From: Pantanalinema rosaneae CENA516
GTDB lineage: Bacteria > Cyanobacteriota > Cyanobacteriia > Leptolyngbyales > Leptolyngbyaceae
Length of the DNA stretch: 32,000 nucleotides
NCBI RefSeq assembly: GCF_050753385.1
Contig: NZ_JBLZFZ010000032.1
Span: forward strand, 50,594-82,593
Reading direction: 5' to 3'
Position 1 is the stretch's first letter. Each line of letters begins with the position of its first letter. Below are positions 28,717 to 32,000 of this stretch, piece by piece. A program made the position numbers and the translations under genes. The notes below the pieces were generated by a model. The model was not told the origin of the DNA. It saw nothing but the letters and a program-made list of their open reading frames with translations, and did no database searches.

Positions 28717-28876
28717 TCCAGTCAGAGTGAGAGGATAGGGAAACTGATTCCTGCCCTATCTTGCCGATCTCCCTAATCTTTTAGGCGAGGGACTAGGAAA
28801 ACTGGCTCACATACGATAAAAATTAAATATGAGAGCCATTCAAGAATCTTTATTAATCAAGTGAGAGGTACTCGAT

Positions 28877-28990
28877 ATGGACTGGCGGTTACTGATTGTG
28901 GTTTTGCCCTTGGCATTGGCATTGGGTTGGGTGGCAAAAAATATCGGACAACAAGCGCTGAAGCAAGGTCAAGACTTTATCTCTAAGTAA
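28877..28990 (+). CDS. psbY: Photosystem II protein Y
   Basis: This 37-aa ORF is not in the track. MDWRLLIVVLPLALALGWVAKNIGQQALKQGQDFISK closely follows the cyanobacterial PsbY pattern (MDWR..VV.PL....W.A.NIG..A..Q.QD). GAGAGG lies ~8 nt upstream. Confidence 0.75.
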   Translation: MDWRLLIVVLPLALALGWVAKNIGQQALKQGQDFISK

Positions 28991-29019
28991 GTTCTTGCTG
29001 ACGTACCCATTGATCAAGG

Positions 29020-29052
29020 GCGATCGCTGTTACTAAACGGCGATCGCTTTTT
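29020..29052 (+). terminator. Rho-independent terminator candidate after psbY, formed by two HIP1 palindromes
   Basis: GCGATCGC (29020-29027) and GCGATCGC (29040-29047) can pair as an 8-bp stem with a 12-nt loop. TTTTT (29048-29052) follows immediately. Confidence 0.45.
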
Positions 29053-29177
29053 ATTTAAGGAATATTTCTACTTCGACATACTAGGTGAGGTAGTGATGCG
29101 GATAAGCGTGAATATTTGCATCAATTCCGCCGATTTCTCAGAATGATCCGGAGCAACGCTCAGCTTTGTGAATTCAG

Positions 29178-30374
29178 GTGACAGAGGCGACTATACAATC
29201 TCTTCACAATTTATTACTAGAAGAATTGTCAGCCGTCGATGACATTGTTGGATGCATGGAGGTGAGCATGGTAACGCAGGACTCCGTTTATGTTCTAGGT
29301 GTTCCCGATGGAGCGATCGAGGTTTCTGTAGACGCATTACGTGGCATCTTCAGGCAAATTGAAACCGAACTCTGTCGCAGTGAACCCTATGAACGGGTGA
29401 TGGCAGAGTTGGAAACCATGCCTAGTGAATTAAGTAAGCAAGTACAACTGATGGTGCGATCGGTCGGTCGGGAAGCGATTCGCTTAGTGTTTCGTAAATT
29501 AATTCGTCGCAAAGACGCGATCGATGTGCAGCCTGAGCAACAACCTGCTATGAATCTAGCGGCAGTGGCTCACTTCAATGCGACTCCTGCGATCGTGCCT
29601 CCCCCCCCACCCCCCCAAAATCCCCATCCTGAAAGTTTGCTCATGACCGAATCTACCCATGAGTCGTCGCTCTCTGCTATGCACTTAGAGGCATCACTAG
29701 CGTTAGAATCAGTCCCCCAGGCTTGTTTGGCAAACTCCCCTCATGGGAATGTGGCGCAGGGCACGACTACGACCAAACCCACTAAACCCACCAAACGATT
29801 AAGTAAAGCAGAACAGGCGGCTCAAGCTCTATTACAAGCGCGAGAAACGCGATTACAGGAATTGGGTGAGGAAATTCGGCAGCTCCGGCAGGCTAGAAGC
29901 ATGTCTCTGTATGAGCTTCACTGCAAGACCCTGATTCCCATGCATCAACTAGAAGCCTTGGAAACCGGACAAATCGATCGCCTGCCAGAGGATATTTATA
30001 TCCGAGGGTTTATTCGCCGGTTAGGCGATGCTTTAGGGATGGATGGGATGGCATGGGCAGAATCGATTCCCCATCTTGATCCAGCGAAAGCCGCGATTCC
30101 AAGCTGGTATAAACCGCGAGTCAAGTCGAAAATGCCATCCGCGTATTTATTCTTGGGCTATGCGGCTGTCATGGCGGCTGGCTTAGCCTGGGTGTCTCGG
30201 CAAACTCTACCAACCAACTCTTCTCCTACCTCAGCACCGTTCATTCCTGAGGAAGAGGCTTCTGCTCAACCCAACCTCAGTACTAAGATCGGTGCTAAGG
30301 AGCAATCTACTGTACCGGCACCAGTATCGCCGCCGGAAGCGAAGCCAACAAAACGGCAATGGGCGAATCGGTAA
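29178..30374 (+). CDS. RodZ-like helix-turn-helix (HTH_25) membrane protein with a long N-terminal extension
   Basis: The HTH segment is MSLYELHCKTLIPMHQLEALETGQIDRLPEDIYIRGFIRRLGDALGMDG. One TM helix follows (AYLFLGYAAVMAAGLAWV). The GTG start is uncertain. A poly-Pro run lies at aa ~140. Confidence 0.6.
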   Translation: MTEATIQSLHNLLLEELSAVDDIVGCMEVSMVTQDSVYVLGVPDGAIEVSVDALRGIFRQIETELCRSEPYERVMAELETMPSELSKQVQLMVRSVGREAIRLVFRKLIRRKDAIDVQPEQQPAMNLAAVAHFNATPAIVPPPPPPQNPHPESLLMTESTHESSLSAMHLEASLALESVPQACLANSPHGNVAQGTTTTKPTKPTKRLSKAEQAAQALLQARETRLQELGEEIRQLRQARSMSLYELHCKTLIPMHQLEALETGQIDRLPEDIYIRGFIRRLGDALGMDGMAWAESIPHLDPAKAAIPSWYKPRVKSKMPSAYLFLGYAAVMAAGLAWVSRQTLPTNSSPTSAPFIPEEEASAQPNLSTKIGAKEQSTVPAPVSPPEAKPTKRQWANR

Positions 30375-30384
30375 ATTACCTCTG

Positions 30385-30410
30385 AAGGGGCGAACGGCCG
30401 TTCGCCCTTA
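30385..30410. repeat. REP-like perfect palindrome / bidirectional terminator candidate
   Basis: GGGCGAACGGCCGTTCGCCC (30388-30407) is a perfect 20-nt palindrome. It lies between the convergent RodZ-like and DUF790 genes. There is no clear U-run. Confidence 0.5.
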
Positions 30411-30435
30411 CATATAGTGGAAAATTGTATTTAGT

Positions 30436-31665
30436 CTAAAGTCCAATCGCATCGATCGCAGCGAGAACGGCTTTAGGAGCAAGTTGGTCTTTAAACCAGA
30501 CGATCGTCGCTGGGGTTTGATCAACTTTGATCCCGGCATGATCCAGATTCAGCCGCTCGGAAATTGCCAGTACCAAATCATCGCGCCCTGACTGCCGGAC
30601 TTGGGAAAACTTTTTCTTCAGGTATTCGGGTCGCCAGTAACCAACAATTTCCAACAATAGTGTCCGACCATCGGGATGAACCAGCCGGAAATCGGGAATC
30701 ATCACACTGCCCGGAATCGGAATCAGATCCACCTCTCGTTCCAACTTCCACTCGGTTTTTGCCTTTGCCCACCGTTCCACAAATCCCGCTTCTAACATGC
30801 TGTCGTAGGTTTTGCCAGGGGGATAATGGCTCACCAGCCCATTGTCAGATTCCAGTGTAAAGCGCCCCGATCGCACTGTCCCGGAGTAACTATCCTTCAT
30901 CTGTAAGGTAGCCGCTAAACTCCACTTAGTCACATGCAGCAGAGCAGGCAGCATCATCGCCAGTTTGAGCCCATAGTGGGTGTTGGGTTTAAACAGGCTC
31001 GTCGGACCATCGATCGTCAGTGTAAACCCATGATCCGCATCCCCTTCGATGTAGGTCATCAGCCCAAATAGCTTGAGATACCGGAATAACAGTTTGTACT
31101 CGCCTGGATCGTTGCGGTGGGCATTCAAAACGACCTGGCTGGCGCGGTAAAACACCCCTTGTACCTGAGACAGGTTGTAGCGGTGGAGTAGGGCTTCTGG
31201 GGTGGGGGCATCAAACTCGGTCAGAATTTGATTATCTGATAAATCAGCATACAGTCCGGCTTGAATTTGAGTCGGCAATACTTCATGCCCCAGTTCTGCC
31301 GTCAGGCGATCGGCTAAGGTCTGTAGTGTCGTTTGGGTTGCCTGGGGGTGGGGAGCCGTTTGAGCGGACAGGGCAAACACCCGTTGCCGCAGCATGGGTG
31401 GATCGAGGGGACTGATCGTTTCAAACTTGCTAAAGGTATCGCTACTCAGGAGATGCGCCAGCCCTCGCTTAATCCGATAGTCGGTACTTTCGCCTTCCAG
31501 TTCTTGCAGTTGGCGGTTGAGTTCTCCCCGAGTGCCGCCTTTGGCTTCCTGATATAGGGTAATTAATTCTGTCGCGATCGCCAGGTTCTCCTGATTCAGG
31601 CTTAACCGTTTGGGAATCACGGTTTCACCACTATAGCGATGCATCAGCAGATCACTGGGTAACAT
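30436..31665 (-). CDS. DUF790 (Bax1-like) family endonuclease
   Basis: The N-terminus is MLPSDLLMHRYSGETVIPKRL. The C-terminal segment MIPDFRLVHPDGRTLLLEIVGYWRPEYLKKK is PD-(D/E)xK-like and characteristic of DUF790. Confidence 0.8.
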   Translation of the reverse strand: MLPSDLLMHRYSGETVIPKRLSLNQENLAIATELITLYQEAKGGTRGELNRQLQELEGESTDYRIKRGLAHLLSSDTFSKFETISPLDPPMLRQRVFALSAQTAPHPQATQTTLQTLADRLTAELGHEVLPTQIQAGLYADLSDNQILTEFDAPTPEALLHRYNLSQVQGVFYRASQVVLNAHRNDPGEYKLLFRYLKLFGLMTYIEGDADHGFTLTIDGPTSLFKPNTHYGLKLAMMLPALLHVTKWSLAATLQMKDSYSGTVRSGRFTLESDNGLVSHYPPGKTYDSMLEAGFVERWAKAKTEWKLEREVDLIPIPGSVMIPDFRLVHPDGRTLLLEIVGYWRPEYLKKKFSQVRQSGRDDLVLAISERLNLDHAGIKVDQTPATIVWFKDQLAPKAVLAAIDAIGL

Positions 31666-31732
31666 GGGGCAGAAAACACGAATCAGTGATCAATAAGTCC
31701 ATTGGTAGCCGATCGGGGTGATCTCGATCGCC

Positions 31733-32000
31733 TCAGGATAATTTAGCTAACTCATTGGCTTTGGTTGCCAGGTCAATATCTTTCGCCGTGATCCCGCCGG
31801 AGTCGTGGGTGGTGAGGTCGATCGTCACCCGATTGTAGACATTAAACCACTCTGGGTGATGTCCCATTGCCTCTGCAACCAATGCCACACTAGACATAAA
31901 CCCAAAGGCTTCCACAAACGAGCCAAATTGAAATTGTCGATGGAGCTTGCCATCTTTGATACTCCAACCGGGTAATTGGCTTAAAGCTGCACTGAGTTGA
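31733..32000 (-). CDS. Pterin-4-alpha-carbinolamine dehydratase (PCD/DCoH), 5' end beyond the window
   Basis: ...[64 protein letters not shown] contains the GHHPE and THD motifs. The frame stays open to the window edge. Confidence 0.85.
   Translation of the reverse strand, partial: QLSAALSQLPGWSIKDGKLHRQFQFGSFVEAFGFMSSVALVAEAMGHHPEWFNVYNRVTIDLTTHDSGGITAKDIDLATKANELAKLS

Noticed and set aside
28734-28762. 7-bp hairpin GATAGGG / CCCTATC after the deaminase-family gene
   Set aside because: It is a plausible terminator, but the U-run is weak (TCTTGCC) and the stem is short. Evidence is insufficient to list it as a feature.

Overview
Cyanobacterial chromosomal DNA. The HIP1 octamer GCGATCGC is scattered throughout, psbY is present, and there are G5/C5 hairpin dispersed repeats. 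The genus cannot be determined from the sequence alone. The window splits into two parts. Positions 1-16.3 kb look accessory. They hold a CPBP/Abi-type membrane protease (5' partial) and a LuxR-type regulator. Next comes a tight six-gene + strand operon (2.2-9.6 kb) with no family-level identity that I recognise: two paralogous proteins with EFEFE-type acidic tracts, an HExxH protein, a protein with a prealbumin-like N-terminus, an unknown protein, and a protein with a Zn-phospholipase-C-like His/Asp motif. After it lie a MITE-like repeat and a 164-aa ORF joined to a large NB-ARC/TPR STAND NTPase through an A_AAA_AAG slippery heptamer. That TPR domain contains 13 nucleotide-identical 126-bp tandem units. 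The accessory part ends with an AT-rich, HIP1-free fatty-acid desaturase gene, a degraded copy of a TPR-gene 3' end, and a VapBC module. Positions 16.4-32 kb are mostly housekeeping: 2OG oxygenase, DRTGG/Pta-like protein, GT2 glycosyltransferase, cation/H+ antiporter, TetR, pentapeptide-repeat protein, beta-carbonic anhydrase, L25/Ctc, PurA, aldo-keto reductase, adenosine-deaminase family protein, PsbY, RodZ-like HTH protein, DUF790 nuclease and pterin-4a-carbinolamine dehydratase (partial). The best candidate for an undescribed system is the 2.2-9.6 kb operon, possibly acting with the adjacent STAND gene. All functional calls rest on motif recognition by eye. No searches were run.
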